A stretch of DNA of 64,000 nt, from positions 1 through 64,000 of the forward strand of contig CAWBYW010000009.1 in the NCBI GenBank assembly GCA_963792965.1. The letters are read 5' to 3'. This DNA comes from an uncultured delta proteobacterium (GTDB taxonomy: Bacteria; Desulfobacterota; Zymogenia; Zymogenales; Zymogenaceae). The notes under the pieces were generated by a model that worked only from the letters and a program-made list of their open reading frames with translations, made no database searches and had not been told where the DNA came from. This document shows positions 1 through 12,293 of the stretch, one piece after another. The number at the start of each line of letters is the position of its first letter. Position 1 is the first letter of the stretch. Made by a program: the position numbers and the translations under genes.

Positions 1-33
1 CCTTTAAAAACCAACGCACAAAAAACGCTTCGC

Positions 34-1754
34 CTAAAATTCGTAGGTGAGCGTATTGATCGACCGGACGATCGGTCCCAGCTCTCGCGCTCAAAGGTGA
101 CCGGATTCCGGTAATCAAAGGTGTACCGGTGAACAGGATGCCGAACTCCGAATTGAAGCTCAGGCCTTCCATGATCTTTAGGTCGCGCCGAGGTCAACTT
201 CCCAGCCCAGCTGGTCGCTGATCCCCGCGGGGATGTACTCGCGGCCAGGTGCAAGGGGACTCGGAGAGACAGTTCATCGGATGGCCGTAGAAGGCGTTCC
301 AGTTCTGAACGAGGGCGCCGTTGCTGTAACGCGCGTACCGCCCGACGGGCTCCGTGTACTTGGCCCAGATGAACGCGCCGTGGATGTCCAGCCTCTCCGT
401 AGGATTAGTGGACCAGTGGAGCTTGACTGCGGTGACGTTTTCCTCGTTGTTGGTAAGGCCGAGCCGCCCGTTCTCAGTATTGGAACCGAGCAGCTGATAA
501 TTACCGTTCACGATGACGTTGCCGAAATGGAAGTCGTCGTTGCCGGTCGTGTTGAAGTTGAAGTGCCTCTGGGTGAACGGGTTCCAGCGCTCTTCGCCCG
601 ACCCGTAGAGGGCCGCCACGCCGATCTTCATGAAGTCGAAGTCGTAGGAGAGGTCCGCATACACGTTCAGGCCGTCAACACCGAGTGTCTCGGGCATTTG
701 CCGGAGGGGAAAACCACCGCCGGTCTCCCTGTGCAAGCAGTAGCGCATTGAACCCTTCACCTCTCGCGTTCATCGTCGCGCACCCCGATCTTTATCGAAC
801 TCGCCCTGGAACTCGAGCTTGTCGTTGAGGAACTTCAGGTCGGCGTAGCCGCCCGCGATGAAGAGGTTGGCGCCGTACAAGCCCGCACGGCCGAGGCCCG
901 CGTTGGGGCCCACTCCTAACGGATTCGGCCACAGGGCGCCGCCCGGGACAAAAGCAAAGAAGTCGTGCTCACCCCTGAACGACCCGGGGAAGAGGCCGAC
1001 GCCGTTGATCCCCCGCACCAGGAGCGTGGCCGCGATGGAGTTGGGGTCCAGGATCCACTGGAAGATGCCGCCGACTTTGACTTTGTCGGTGACGTAGTGG
1101 GCGGTGAGGACATAGGTGTCGGTGTCGGAATTGTAGTACCTGGACGCCGGTCCGCCCAAAGCATCGATGAGCCCGCCGTGGGGCCACGCCTGGAAGAAGC
1201 CGGCCGGGACGCCCGCTTGGTTGTCAATCACGTTCTGGACGGAAGTCGAGATACTTGGTGTAGGTCAGACGTGGCGATAAATCTTTTGATCTTGATTCCG
1301 TACGTGATCTCGGGGTTGTTGGTCCCGTTGCCGTTGATCCCGCTGTCCGACCAGATCCCGAAGCCGTAGCGGTTCGTCCGTTCGTGCCCAGCTCGAACAG
1401 GCCGACGGGAGTGATCGCCTGGATGTACGCCGTGTTGATGAAGCCGTCGGTCGTGCCCGTGCTGTTGTTGAACCGCAGCCTCTCTGGCTGGCCCCAGATG
1501 TCCTCGGCAAGGTCGATGATCACGACGGCCTTGAGGTACTCGCTCCGCTTGTGGGTGATGGTCAGACGAAACCTCTGGTCGAAGTAGCCGGTGTACAATG
1601 CGTTATCGAGGTTCGTCGGCTGCTTCTGCAGGTTATAGTCCATCACCGAGCGGATTCGATAGCTACCCGTGAAGGTTGTTTCCGCCGAAAAGGAGGGGGC
1701 GGCAATGACAACCACTGCAAGGGCGGCTATTGCCAAAATCCATAATTTCCTCAT
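34..1754 (-). CDS. Outer-membrane beta-barrel/porin-like protein, split by several frameshifts
   Basis: Signal peptide MRKLWILAIAALAVVVIAAPSFSA, then FTGSYRIR...DQRFRL; consecutive fragments 1224-1754, 770-1231 and 194-760 have alternating beta-strand patterns; ends ...INTLTYEF-stop at 34 (terminal Phe beta-signal); SD GGAGG. Confidence 0.75.
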
Positions 1755-1876
1755 TAAATACCTCCTGATTTTCCACTAAATGTTATTTCCGGCTGTGAAT
1801 TTGAAAAACCGTTCGTTTTCCAACCAGGAAAAGTTTCGGCTGTCTTTTTCCATTCGTGACAGCCGGCCTTCATCAT
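1754..1876 (-). CDS. Putative 40-aa upstream ORF in the porin leader
   Basis: AAAGGAGGTG followed by ATGATG; 40 open codons; its TAA overlaps the porin ATG (TAATG). Confidence 0.3.
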   Translation of the reverse strand: MMKAGCHEWKKTAETFPGWKTNGFSNSQPEITFSGKSGGI

Positions 1877-1989
1877 CACCTCCTTTCATATTGTTATTTT
1901 ATTTAGTTCGGAGCCGCCGGCGGTTTTTACGTCCTGAGAGGGGGTGCCGGCAACCCAAGAATATCTAACAATACCCACAAATTTATCCT

Positions 1990-2018
1990 TTTTTACCACC
2001 CCCGAAAAGCGAAGTCAA
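1990..2018 (-). promoter_or_regulatory. Sigma70-like promoter of the porin gene
   Basis: TTGACT-17 bp-TAAAAA with TG just upstream of the -10. Confidence 0.45.
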
Positions 2019-2277
2019 GAAAAAAATTAAAGAAATCTAATTGAGCCTTTCTAATCTTGGACGGCGGCGCCGGCGGCGGGACCAGAGCGTCGACCCGGCC
2101 GACGGGCGCGCGCAGGCGGCGGAAACCGGAGGTGAATGGGAGGATTGGTTTATTTTCTGGCAGTGTGGAAAGCGGAAGCGGGACACGGCGCGGCCCACCG
2201 GACGCCCCGAGGGCGGGTGTGAGCTTTTCGCGTACTCTGGCGGCGGCGACGCCGGGGATCAGACGCGTCGCCGACCC

Positions 2278-3333
2278 TTATTTCACCATGATGTCGATGT
2301 ATTGGGCGCACCAGCGCAGAAAAGACGCCTTTACGAAGGGGATCGTCACCACAAAGAGGCCCGCCACCGCAAGCAGGAGGATCCACTGGTTAAGGCCGGC
2401 CGCGCCGAGGATATAGTTGATCACGAGGGCAGAAATGCATATCGCCAGCAGGAGGTAGACGTATCCGAACAGCGGTCTCGATTTGCCGGAGAACTCAAAC
2501 TCGATCGTCCTGTCCAGCCCGATGACGTTCGTATACCTCAACAGCCACGCGATCACCCCGCGGAGGAGCGACGGGAGGAACAGGAAGAGGAACAGCGGCG
2601 ATATCACGGCGCCGATCCCGTACCAGAAGAGGCTCCTCCCCGTCCCGGAGAAGGTCGGTTTGAGCTCGGCGTCTTTTCCCGTGATCAGGGTGCTCTCCAG
2701 GCACCACTGGAACGCGGCGGTTGCGGCCCACGGGAGGGGCAGCCCCGCGACAAAAAGCGAGAAAATGATCTTTAGGGCGTGCCAGAGGGCCGTGCGCCCC
2801 TTGCCGGAAAAGGTGAGCGTATAGGGCACGGAGTCCACCTGGATCTTCGTGTGCGCCACCGTGTATCGCTTCTTGGCGGCCCAGAGCCACGCCAGGGGGA
2901 TGAGCAGCAGCACCGAGGCAAGCACGAGGGCGACCTGGGCGACTCCCGTCACGGTGCCCGTGATCCCCCACCAGAACAGGAAACCGGATATCCAGAGGAT
3001 CACGAGCGCCGGCACCCAGTATTTTAAGAGGCCCAGGCCGCTGCCGTCAAACGAGAAGACGACCTTCTTTCCGGAGTTCGTGCACTGGATGTTTCTGTAA
3101 AGCCACTTTCGGATGGCGACGGTTACAAACGGCAGCGGCACCAGAAGAAGGGCCGCGCTCAGGACCAACAGCAGCGAAAGGCCAAAAAGCCCGAGTCCCG
3201 TCCCGGTAAAGACGACCCCTCCCGTCTTATCTTTCTTTACGGCTTTGTTTTTGGCCGCTTCATCCTTCTTAGCGGGTTCATCCTTTTTAGCGGCTACTTC
3301 CTTCTTTACGGGTGCGTCCTTTATATCTGCCAC
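2278..3333 (-). CDS. DUF898/YjgN-like membrane protein
   Basis: Repeated F-[TSD]-G-x-G plus hydrophobic-helix units; GTG start behind AGGAGAGGTG. Confidence 0.7.
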   Translation of the reverse strand: MADIKDAPVKKEVAAKKDEPAKKDEAAKNKAVKKDKTGGVVFTGTGLGLFGLSLLLVLSAALLLVPLPFVTVAIRKWLYRNIQCTNSGKKVVFSFDGSGLGLLKYWVPALVILWISGFLFWWGITGTVTGVAQVALVLASVLLLIPLAWLWAAKKRYTVAHTKIQVDSVPYTLTFSGKGRTALWHALKIIFSLFVAGLPLPWAATAAFQWCLESTLITGKDAELKPTFSGTGRSLFWYGIGAVISPLFLFLFLPSLLRGVIAWLLRYTNVIGLDRTIEFEFSGKSRPLFGYVYLLLAICISALVINYILGAAGLNQWILLLAVAGLFVVTIPFVKASFLRWCAQYIDIMVK

Positions 3334-3438
3334 GGTATCACCTCTCCTATGGTAAATGAGCGGCACGCGCCGCGCGCCCGCCGCTCTCTCACGGATTTGC
3401 TCGCCTTCCCCGGTCCTTCATGGCCCGCCATCAGGGAC

Positions 3439-6120
3439 CTACTTCTTTTTCTCGGTGACGGCCGCCTGGGCCGCGGCCAGCCGCGCGATCGGCACCCGGT
3501 AGGGCGAACAGCTCACGTAATTGAGCCCCGCCCGGTGACAGAAGTCGACGCTTCTGGGCTCGCCGCCGTGCTCGCCGCAGATGCCCACCTTGAGGTTCTT
3601 TCGGCTCGCGCGCCCCTTCTTGACGGCCATCTCGATGAGAGCGCCTACGCCTTCCTCGTCCAGGACGATGAAGGGATCGTAGGGCAGGATGCCCATCTGG
3701 ACGTACTTCGGAAGGAACGACCCCGCGTCGTCCCGGGAAAGCCCGAAGGTCGTCTGCGTCAGGTCGTTGGTCCCGAACGAGAAGAACTCGGCCACCTTCG
3801 CGATCTTATCGGCGGTCAGCGCCGCGCGCGGCAGCTCGATCATCGTGCCGACGAGGTAGTCGACCTTGATCCCTTCCTTCTTGAAGACTTCGTCGGCGAC
3901 CGAGACCACAAGCGCCCGCTGGAGCTCGAGCTCCTTGACGTCGCCCACCAGCGGGATCATCACCTCCGGGTGAACGTCGATCTTCTGCTTCTTTACCCGG
4001 CAGGCGGCCTCGAAGATCGCCCGCGCCTGCATCTCGGAGATCTCCGGGTAGATGATGCCGAGCCGGCAGCCGCGGTGCCCGAGCATCGGATTGAACTCAT
4101 GGAGCGACTCGACCTTCGCCTTGATTTTCTCGGCCGGCACTCCCATCTTTTTCGAAAGCTCATTGATCTCGTTATCGGTGTGGGGCAAAAACTCGTGCAG
4201 GGGCGGGTCTAAAAGTCGGATCGTAACGGGCTTGCCCCTCATCACCTTGAATATCCCCTCGAAGTCTCCGCGCTGCATCGGGAGGATCTTGGCCAGGGCC
4301 TTTCGGCGCGACGGGACGTCTTCGGCGATGATCATCTCCCTCATGGCGTCTATCCGGTCGCCCTCGAAGAACATGTGCTCCGTCCGGCACAGGCCTATCC
4401 CCTCGGCCCCGAAGTTGACCGCGACCTGCGCGTCGTGCGGGGTGTCTGCGTTCGTGCGGACCCCAAGCCTCCTGATCTCATCGACCCACCCCATGAACGT
4501 CCCGAAATCCCCGGACATGGTCGGCTCCACCAGCGGCATCTGGCCCGCCATCACCTCTCCGCGGCTCCCGTCCAGCGTGATCCAATCGCCCTTCTTGATG
4601 GTCTTGCCGCCGGCGATAAACTGCTGCTTTTCGTAGTTTACCTGTATGTCGCCGGCCCCGGCCACGCACGTCTTGCCCATCCCGCGGGCGACCACCGCCG
4701 CGTGGGAGGTCATACCGCCGCGGGCCGTCAGGATACCCTGGGCGGCGTTCATGCCGTGGATATCCTCGGGCGAGGTCTCGATGCGCACGAGGATCACCCG
4801 CTCCTTTTTCTCGGCGGCGGCCGCGGCGTCGTTTGCCGTGAAGACGACCGTGCCCACCGCCGCGCCGGGAGAGGCCGGCAGCCCCTTGGCGATCACGGTT
4901 CGCGCGGCCTTCGGGTCGATCATCTTGTGGAGAAGCTGATCGATCTGATCGGGCTTGATGCGCATGACCGCTTCCTTCTTCGAGATGAGCCCGTCACGCG
5001 CCATGTCTACGGCGATCTTGACGGCGGCGGGCGCCGTGCGCTTTCCGGTCCGCGTCTGGAGCATCCAGAGCTTGTTGTTCTGTATGGTGAACTCGATGTC
5101 CTGCATCTCCTTGTAGTGCTTCTCGAGCTTCTTATAGATGGCGACGAGCTCCCTATATTCCCGGGGCATCTCCTCCTCGAGGGACGGGACCTTCTTGTCG
5201 AGCTTTCGCGCCTTGTTGATCGGCTGGGGGGTGCGGATGCCCGCCACGACGTCCTCGCCCTGGGAGTTTTTGAGGTACTCACCGTAAAAGACGTTTTCGC
5301 CGGTGGAGGGGTCGCGGGTGAAAGCGACGCCGGTCGCGCAGTCGTCGCCCATGTTGCCAAATACCATCGCCTGGACGTTCACCGCCGTCCCCCAATGGGC
5401 CGGAACGTTGTTGAGCGTGCGGTAGGTGACGGCACGGGGATTGTTCCACGAGCCGAATACCGCCCCGATCGCCCCCCAGAGCTGCTCGTAAGGATCCTGA
5501 GGGAATTCTTTTTTGAGGCGCGACTTGATCACCTTCTTGAACCGCTCGGCGAGGTCTTTCAGATCGGCGGCGGCCAGGTCCATGTCGCTCTTCGCGGCGA
5601 CCTCGTCCTTCTTCTTCTGGATGATGACCTCGAAGGGGTCTTCCTCGTCCTCGCGCTCGGGCTTGAGGCCCATGACAACGTCGCCGTACATCTGGATGAA
5701 CCGCCGGTAGGAGTCGTAGACGAACCGCTCGTTCTTGGTCTTGGCGATGAGACCGGCAAGGGTGGCCTCGTTCAGGCCGAGGTTGAGGACCGTATCCATC
5801 ATGCCCGGCATCGACGCCGGAGCTCCGCTCCTCACCGAAAAGAGGAGCGGCTTCTTGGGATCACCGAACGTCGCCCCCATCGATTTTTCCACCCTCTTTA
5901 TATTCTTGGCGACCTCAGCGTCCAGTCCCGCCGGATATTTCCCCTTGCTGGCGAAATAGTAGGAACAGACCTCCGTCGAGATGGTGAATCCCGCGGGGAC
6001 GGGTATTTTGATGTTTACCATTTCGGCGAGGTTCGCCCCTTTGCCGCCTAAGAGCAGCTTCATCGAGGCGTCGCCTTCGGCCTTTCCGTCGCCGAAAAAG
6101 AATACGTATTTTTTCGCCAT
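3439..6120 (-). CDS. ppdK: Pyruvate, phosphate dikinase
   Basis: GGKGANLAEM, SVRSGA-SMPGMMDT, GGMTSHAAVVAR (phospho-His), GLCRTEHMF and FSFGTNDLTQ; 893 aa. Confidence 0.98.
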   Translation of the reverse strand: MAKKYVFFFGDGKAEGDASMKLLLGGKGANLAEMVNIKIPVPAGFTISTEVCSYYFASKGKYPAGLDAEVAKNIKRVEKSMGATFGDPKKPLLFSVRSGAPASMPGMMDTVLNLGLNEATLAGLIAKTKNERFVYDSYRRFIQMYGDVVMGLKPEREDEEDPFEVIIQKKKDEVAAKSDMDLAAADLKDLAERFKKVIKSRLKKEFPQDPYEQLWGAIGAVFGSWNNPRAVTYRTLNNVPAHWGTAVNVQAMVFGNMGDDCATGVAFTRDPSTGENVFYGEYLKNSQGEDVVAGIRTPQPINKARKLDKKVPSLEEEMPREYRELVAIYKKLEKHYKEMQDIEFTIQNNKLWMLQTRTGKRTAPAAVKIAVDMARDGLISKKEAVMRIKPDQIDQLLHKMIDPKAARTVIAKGLPASPGAAVGTVVFTANDAAAAAEKKERVILVRIETSPEDIHGMNAAQGILTARGGMTSHAAVVARGMGKTCVAGAGDIQVNYEKQQFIAGGKTIKKGDWITLDGSRGEVMAGQMPLVEPTMSGDFGTFMGWVDEIRRLGVRTNADTPHDAQVAVNFGAEGIGLCRTEHMFFEGDRIDAMREMIIAEDVPSRRKALAKILPMQRGDFEGIFKVMRGKPVTIRLLDPPLHEFLPHTDNEINELSKKMGVPAEKIKAKVESLHEFNPMLGHRGCRLGIIYPEISEMQARAIFEAACRVKKQKIDVHPEVMIPLVGDVKELELQRALVVSVADEVFKKEGIKVDYLVGTMIELPRAALTADKIAKVAEFFSFGTNDLTQTTFGLSRDDAGSFLPKYVQMGILPYDPFIVLDEEGVGALIEMAVKKGRASRKNLKVGICGEHGGEPRSVDFCHRAGLNYVSCSPYRVPIARLAAAQAAVTEKKK

Positions 6121-6234
6121 GGTATGAATCTCCTTCTTATGATCTCTATTCCGTGGAGCGTGGTCTCACGCGTTCATTCCTTTAGCTCCCTATCCCCTCA
6201 CCACCACGAGCGCCGCGCGATCGCGGTTCATCGA

Positions 6235-8304
6235 TTACTCGATGACGGAGAAATCACAGAGCTTCAAAAAGAGCGACCTGACAAGCCCGAGGAGCGCGAG
6301 CCTGTTTTCCCGGACCTTCTCATCTTTATCCATGACCATGACGCCCTCGAAAAAGGCGTCGATGGCCCCCTTGAGACTGACGAGCTGGGCCGTCGCACCG
6401 TCGAAATCCTCGCTTTCGATCAGGGGAGATATCTTGCCCTCGGCACTTCTATATGCCGAAAGGAGGTTACGCTCCGCCTCCTCATTCAGCAGTTTCTCGT
6501 CGAGCCGCCCCGGCTCCGTGTTCTTGAGGATGTTGCCTACCCGCTTGATGGAGATAGCGAGGTCGGAAAACTCAGCGCGGCTCTTCCACGCCGAGAGAAC
6601 CTCCACCCGTTTTTTGGCCGCCACGACATCTTCCATCCAGACCGAGAGGACCGCCTCCACCACGTCCGGCTGGTATCCCTCGCCGCCGAGCATCCCCGAA
6701 AATCTCCCCTTGAAAAAGCCGAGGACGTCCGCCTTTGTCTCGGCGGGTTTCCTGGTGATTTTGCCGTCAAGGATCTCGAGTGCGCGGTCGACAAACCCGG
6801 GAATCGAGAGCCTGATATTCTTGCCGAGGAGGATGTTGATGATCGCGATCGTATTTCGGCGTAAACCGTAGGGGTCGGCGACCCCGGTCGGCATTTGTCC
6901 CACGCCGAAAAATCCCGCGATGGTATCCATCTTGTCCGCAAGCGAGACGAGTGTCCCTTCCAGCCCCTCCGGCAGCGGGTCCTTCGCCCCCTGGGGGAGA
7001 TAATGCTCGCTGATGGCGCGGGCAACCGAGGGGTTGATCCCCTCGATCAGGGCATATTCCCTGCCCACCGTCCCCTGGAGCGTCGGGAACTGCGCCACCA
7101 TGCCGGTGTCGAGGTCGGCCTTGGCAAGAAAGGCGGCCTGAAGCACGTTGTCTTTTTGCCCCGGCGCGATCCGGTCCGCGAGCCAGCCGGCGAGCTCCCG
7201 AAAGCGCATGACCTTATCAAAGGAAGTGCCGAGCCGTGAGTGGAAGACGACCTTTTTCAACGCCTCGACCCGGTCGGAGAGCTTTACCTTGAGGTCCTCC
7301 TCAAAGTAAAAGCGCGCGTCCTCGAGACGCGCGGCCAGCACCCTCTCGTTTCCCCGCATGACCAGCCCAACGTCCTGGGGCATTGTGTTGTTGACGGTGA
7401 TGAAGTGGGGCAGGATCGAGCCCGACTTATCCACGACGGAAAAGTAGCGCTGGTGCAGTCGCATCGCGGTGACGAGGACGTCCTTGGGCAGGACGAGATA
7501 TTTCTCGGGTATGGAGCCGGACGCGGCGTTGGGGTATTCCGTGAGATAGACGATCTCATCGACAAGCCCTCCGTCGGGAAGGACAGCGCCTCCAAGAGCG
7601 TGGGCAACGTCGTGGATCTGGCGCTCGATGATTGCCTTTCGATCGCCGGGGTCGACGATGACCCGGGCCGCCTTGAGCCTCGTAAGATAGTCGGAGAAAT
7701 CCTTAACCTCAAAAGGGGCCGGCGCAAGAAAGCGGTGTCCACGGGTGGTATTGCCGCTGACGATATTCCCGAAAGAGAGGGGAACGACCTCACCACCAAA
7801 GAGCGCGAGTATCCAGTGAACGGGCCGGGCAAACCGGACCGTGAGATCCATCCACCGCATGCTCTTCTTGAAGGGGATGTCGGCGATGAGTCTGGAAAGG
7901 ATCTCGGGGAGGACCTCCTTCGTTTCCCGTCCCTTGTCTTCCTTGACGGCGACGAGGTACTCGCCCTTATCGGTCTTGACCCTTTTGAGCGCCTCGACCG
8001 GGACGCCCTGTCCCTTGGCAAATCCGGCCGCCTTCTCGTTTGGCTTCCCGTCCGGGCCGAAGCATACCGATACCGGCGGCCCTACCTTCTGGATCGTCTC
8101 CGATCGCTGGACGTCGGCAACCCCGTGGGCGACAAGCGTCAGCCGCCGGGGGGTGCCGATGGTCTTTATCTCACCATAGTCGATTCGATAGGCGTCAAGC
8201 AGCCCCTTGAAAATTCCCCCCATTGCTTCCAGCGCCGGGGGGACAAACCCTGCAGGGATTTCTTCCGTTCCGATTTCAAACAAGAGTTCGTGTGCCACAT
8301 CCAT
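6235..8304 (-). CDS. glyS: Glycyl-tRNA synthetase beta subunit
   Basis: LLFEIGTEEIP, TPRRL, FARPVHW, GNERVLAARLEDARFYF, DPYGLRR and NRLALL. Confidence 0.97.
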   Translation of the reverse strand: MDVAHELLFEIGTEEIPAGFVPPALEAMGGIFKGLLDAYRIDYGEIKTIGTPRRLTLVAHGVADVQRSETIQKVGPPVSVCFGPDGKPNEKAAGFAKGQGVPVEALKRVKTDKGEYLVAVKEDKGRETKEVLPEILSRLIADIPFKKSMRWMDLTVRFARPVHWILALFGGEVVPLSFGNIVSGNTTRGHRFLAPAPFEVKDFSDYLTRLKAARVIVDPGDRKAIIERQIHDVAHALGGAVLPDGGLVDEIVYLTEYPNAASGSIPEKYLVLPKDVLVTAMRLHQRYFSVVDKSGSILPHFITVNNTMPQDVGLVMRGNERVLAARLEDARFYFEEDLKVKLSDRVEALKKVVFHSRLGTSFDKVMRFRELAGWLADRIAPGQKDNVLQAAFLAKADLDTGMVAQFPTLQGTVGREYALIEGINPSVARAISEHYLPQGAKDPLPEGLEGTLVSLADKMDTIAGFFGVGQMPTGVADPYGLRRNTIAIINILLGKNIRLSIPGFVDRALEILDGKITRKPAETKADVLGFFKGRFSGMLGGEGYQPDVVEAVLSVWMEDVVAAKKRVEVLSAWKSRAEFSDLAISIKRVGNILKNTEPGRLDEKLLNEEAERNLLSAYRSAEGKISPLIESEDFDGATAQLVSLKGAIDAFFEGVMVMDKDEKVRENRLALLGLVRSLFLKLCDFSVIE

Positions 8305-8523
8305 TCCTGCTCAATATAAGAATACAACCGTCTCGACTATGGTAAAACCGTGCGGTATATCCGGGCGGCCTCCCGCCCGCCACGCCAAAACTTCGGCAGC
8401 TCGTCGCGAAGGCCGGCCCCCGGCATTCACACGACCCATACCGGAACAGGGGTAACCCCCCGCCCGGTAATCTCCTCGCGTCTCTGAGGGCTTGGGTGAC
8501 GCTCAGGGGCTCACTACGAGAGA

Positions 8524-8928
8524 CTAAAAACCAATCTTGTTGCAGTCACACCCGACGCCGACCTGTCCCGTTATCAGCGAGACGCCGTTGAGGACCTCCG
8601 CCGGCACGGTCGAATAGAAGTTGGCCTCACTTCCTTCGAAGACCCTGATCCTCTGCTTCTGTTGGAAGATCAGGTTTCCCGTCGGCCCGAAGACCTTGAA
8701 ATAGGCGCAGCCGAATAATACCGTGGTCTTCGCGTCCACCGTCACGTAGATGTGGGCCTTGCCGATGTTTTCTCCGCTCGTCACGTAGTTCAGCCCGAAC
8801 CGGACGATGCTGAGCTGAGTGGGGCAGTCGTTGAAGAGGACGGTCGTCGGTCTTGTTAACCAGGTGCCTGCATCGGCAACCGTAACGGCCAAGAAGAGCG
8901 CTAAGAATAAGAGCACGATCTTCTTCAT
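8524..8928 (-). CDS. Secreted hypothetical protein, Cys-containing (134 aa)
   Basis: SD AGGAGA; signal peptide MKKIVLLFLALFLAVTVADA; four Cys in the mature part. Confidence 0.7.
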   Translation of the reverse strand: MKKIVLLFLALFLAVTVADAGTWLTRPTTVLFNDCPTQLSIVRFGLNYVTSGENIGKAHIYVTVDAKTTVLFGCAYFKVFGPTGNLIFQQKQRIRVFEGSEANFYSTVPAEVLNGVSLITGQVGVGCDCNKIGF

Positions 8929-8956
8929 ATGCTTTCTCCTCTCGTAGGGCAAAAAA

Positions 8957-9847
<891 letters not shown>

Positions 9848-10100
9848 CGTAACCTCCCCAAAAAATTATATAATAAACAGGATGTTTTAGCAATGTCAAG
9901 TAAATTGAATTCTCACTTTTTTATTGAAATATGTGACCAAACTATATATATATTTACTTTATTCTGAGGTTCCTATCCCATATCGGGTCTTCAACCGAAG
10001 CTCGGGGGCCTGGGCGCCCGCGTCAGGCGGCCCGTTTCGTCTCTGACTACCGCGCAGCGGCACGACTCACCTCCATACCCTCTGAGGGGATAACGCAGCC

Positions 10101-11052
10101 ATGAAGACACGGAGGCTTACCGCCATTCTTCTCGGCACGGCCCTGTTGGTTCTTACGAGCCCTTTCGTCGCCTTGCCCGCAGAGCTCGAAGTCACGGTCC
10201 ACAAGACCGAGGAGCAGGGCCTGCCCAACAACTCGGTCAGCGCCCTTGCGCCCGAGGGGGACTCCGGCGTCTTCATCGCCTCCGACGGGGGGCTTCACGT
10301 CCTGCTCGACTATTTCTTCCTCCCCCTCTTCCAGCATCTCAGGGCGACGGCGCTTGTGCGCGACCCCGGGGGCGATCTCTGGGCGGTCACGGACTCACGG
10401 CTTATCTATCGAATCACGCAGACAGACTCCATCTGGACGGCAACCAGATACCCATTTAACGGGAAAGAGAAGATCACGGCGATCGCGGCCCAAGATGACG
10501 CTCTCTTCATCGGGACCGACCGGGGCCTGTCCTGGTTTTCCGAGCACGGATCGGACATTTCATCAGGTCATGAGAGAGGGCGCCGTAACGGCGCTCGCCT
10601 GTCTCCCGGACGGCACCCTGATCGAGGCCGTAAAGGACACCTCCCGATCAAAGACCGGACTTGCCATTATCGGGGGTCGTTTTCTTTCACGGACGGGATG
10701 GGTGGGGGAACTGACCGGCGTGGTCATCTCCTCGCTTTTTGTCGACGATGATCGTCTCCTGGCCGGTACACAGGATGGCAGGGTCTTTCTGTGGGACTCG
10801 TCCGGAATCCGGGAGATTCCCCTTGAACAAAAGCCGGGCACGGTGCGCGCCCTCCTGTTGGCCGGAAATATTCTGGTGATCGGATCGGATGACGGACTCT
10901 TCGGGGGCCCGATAAACGGTCCTCTCTCCCGGCTCGTGGCCAAGGACGGCACCGCGATCGCCGGGGTCACCTGCCTTGCCGCCGGCCCCGGCTCTTCCGT
11001 CTGGGTGGGCACAAGCGAGGACGGCATATACCTCGTGAAGATACGGCCTTAG
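10101..11052 (+). CDS. Exported beta-propeller protein (two-component regulator propeller-like), frameshifted near 10560
   Basis: Signal peptide; GLPNNSVSAL, LFIGTDRGL and VWVGTSEDGIY repeats across two frames. Confidence 0.65.
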
Positions 11053-11157
11053 GGCGCGTCCCATCCGAAAGCGGAGCGGTTGCTCGGCCTCGTGTCTATC
11101 TCCTTCTTGGAGCCGGCGGCGCCGGTCAGCGCCGGCGCGGAGAGGTGCGATATATCG

Positions 11158-12290
11158 ATGTTTGACCAACACGTCACGCGCGACACTCGTGCGGTCGTCG
11201 ATCTGGGCGCGCTAGCCGATTCCATTCGTGGGATAAAGCGCCTCGTCGGCGACGCGTGTCGAGGTCATGGCGGTCGTCAAGGCCGACGGCTACGGTCACG
11301 GCGCAATACCGGTCGCCCAGACGGCGCTAAAAAATGGGGCGCGCTCACTCGGCGTGGCCTACGCCCAGGAGGCGGTCGAACTCCGTGAGGCGGGGATCAC
11401 CGCCCCCATCCTCGTGCTCGGCATCGCCCCCCCCGAAGGCATCGAAGCCGCCCTCACGACATGATCTCGTTCAGACCGTCGCCGATGCCGACACCCCGAA
11501 AGCCCTCTCCGCGCGCGCCCCGTCCGACCGTCCCGCCCGCGTCCACGTCAAGGTCGATACCGGTATGGGGAGGATCGGGGTCACGCCCGAGGATACCCTC
11601 GAGTATATACGTTTCCTCAAGCGGCTCCCGGGTATCGTGGTCGAGGGTATCTTCACGCATTTTCCTCGCTCAGACGAAGCCGACCCTTCCTTCACGGACC
11701 GGCAGATCACGACATTCACCGGCCTGATCAGAGACCTCGAGGGAGCACGAATTCATGTTCCCAAGCGTCACATGGCAAACTCCGGGGGTGTGCTGGGCTT
11801 TCCCGATTCGTACCTCAACCTCGTTCGCCCCGGCATCATGATCTACGGGCTTTACCCCTCGGCGGAGGTCAAAAGGACGGTAAGGATCTCGCCCGCGATG
11901 AGCCTGGTAACGAAGATCCGCTTCCTCAAGCGCGTGGGCGCGGGTACCCCCATCAGCTACGGCGGAACCTACGTGACGAAATCCGAGACCGCCGTCGCCA
12001 CCCTCCCCCTCGGATACGCCGACGGCTACCGTCGGCTCCTCTCCAACTCCTACGAGGTGCTCGTGCGGGGACAACGCGCGCCCGTCATCGGCCGGGTCTG
12101 TATGGATATGACGATGGTCGACGTGACGCAGATCGAGGGCGCTTCGGTCGGCGACGAGGTCGTCCTTATCGGCAGGCAGGGCGATGAAGAGATATCGACC
12201 GACGATATGGCTCGCAGGCTCGATACCATCAACTACGAGGTGACCTGCCTGGTCGGCAAGCGGGTCCCCCGGGTCTATATCAATGGGTAG
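11158..12290 (+). CDS. alr: Alanine racemase (two apparent frameshifts)
   Basis: [11 protein letters not shown] (PLP Lys), [31 protein letters not shown] and TINYE spread over three frames. Confidence 0.93.
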
Positions 12291-12293
12291 ACG

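Noticed and set aside
3349-8319. Long antisense ORFs over ppdK and glyS (and similar ones elsewhere)
   Set aside because: Shadow ORFs expected from high-GC codon bias; no recognisable motifs.
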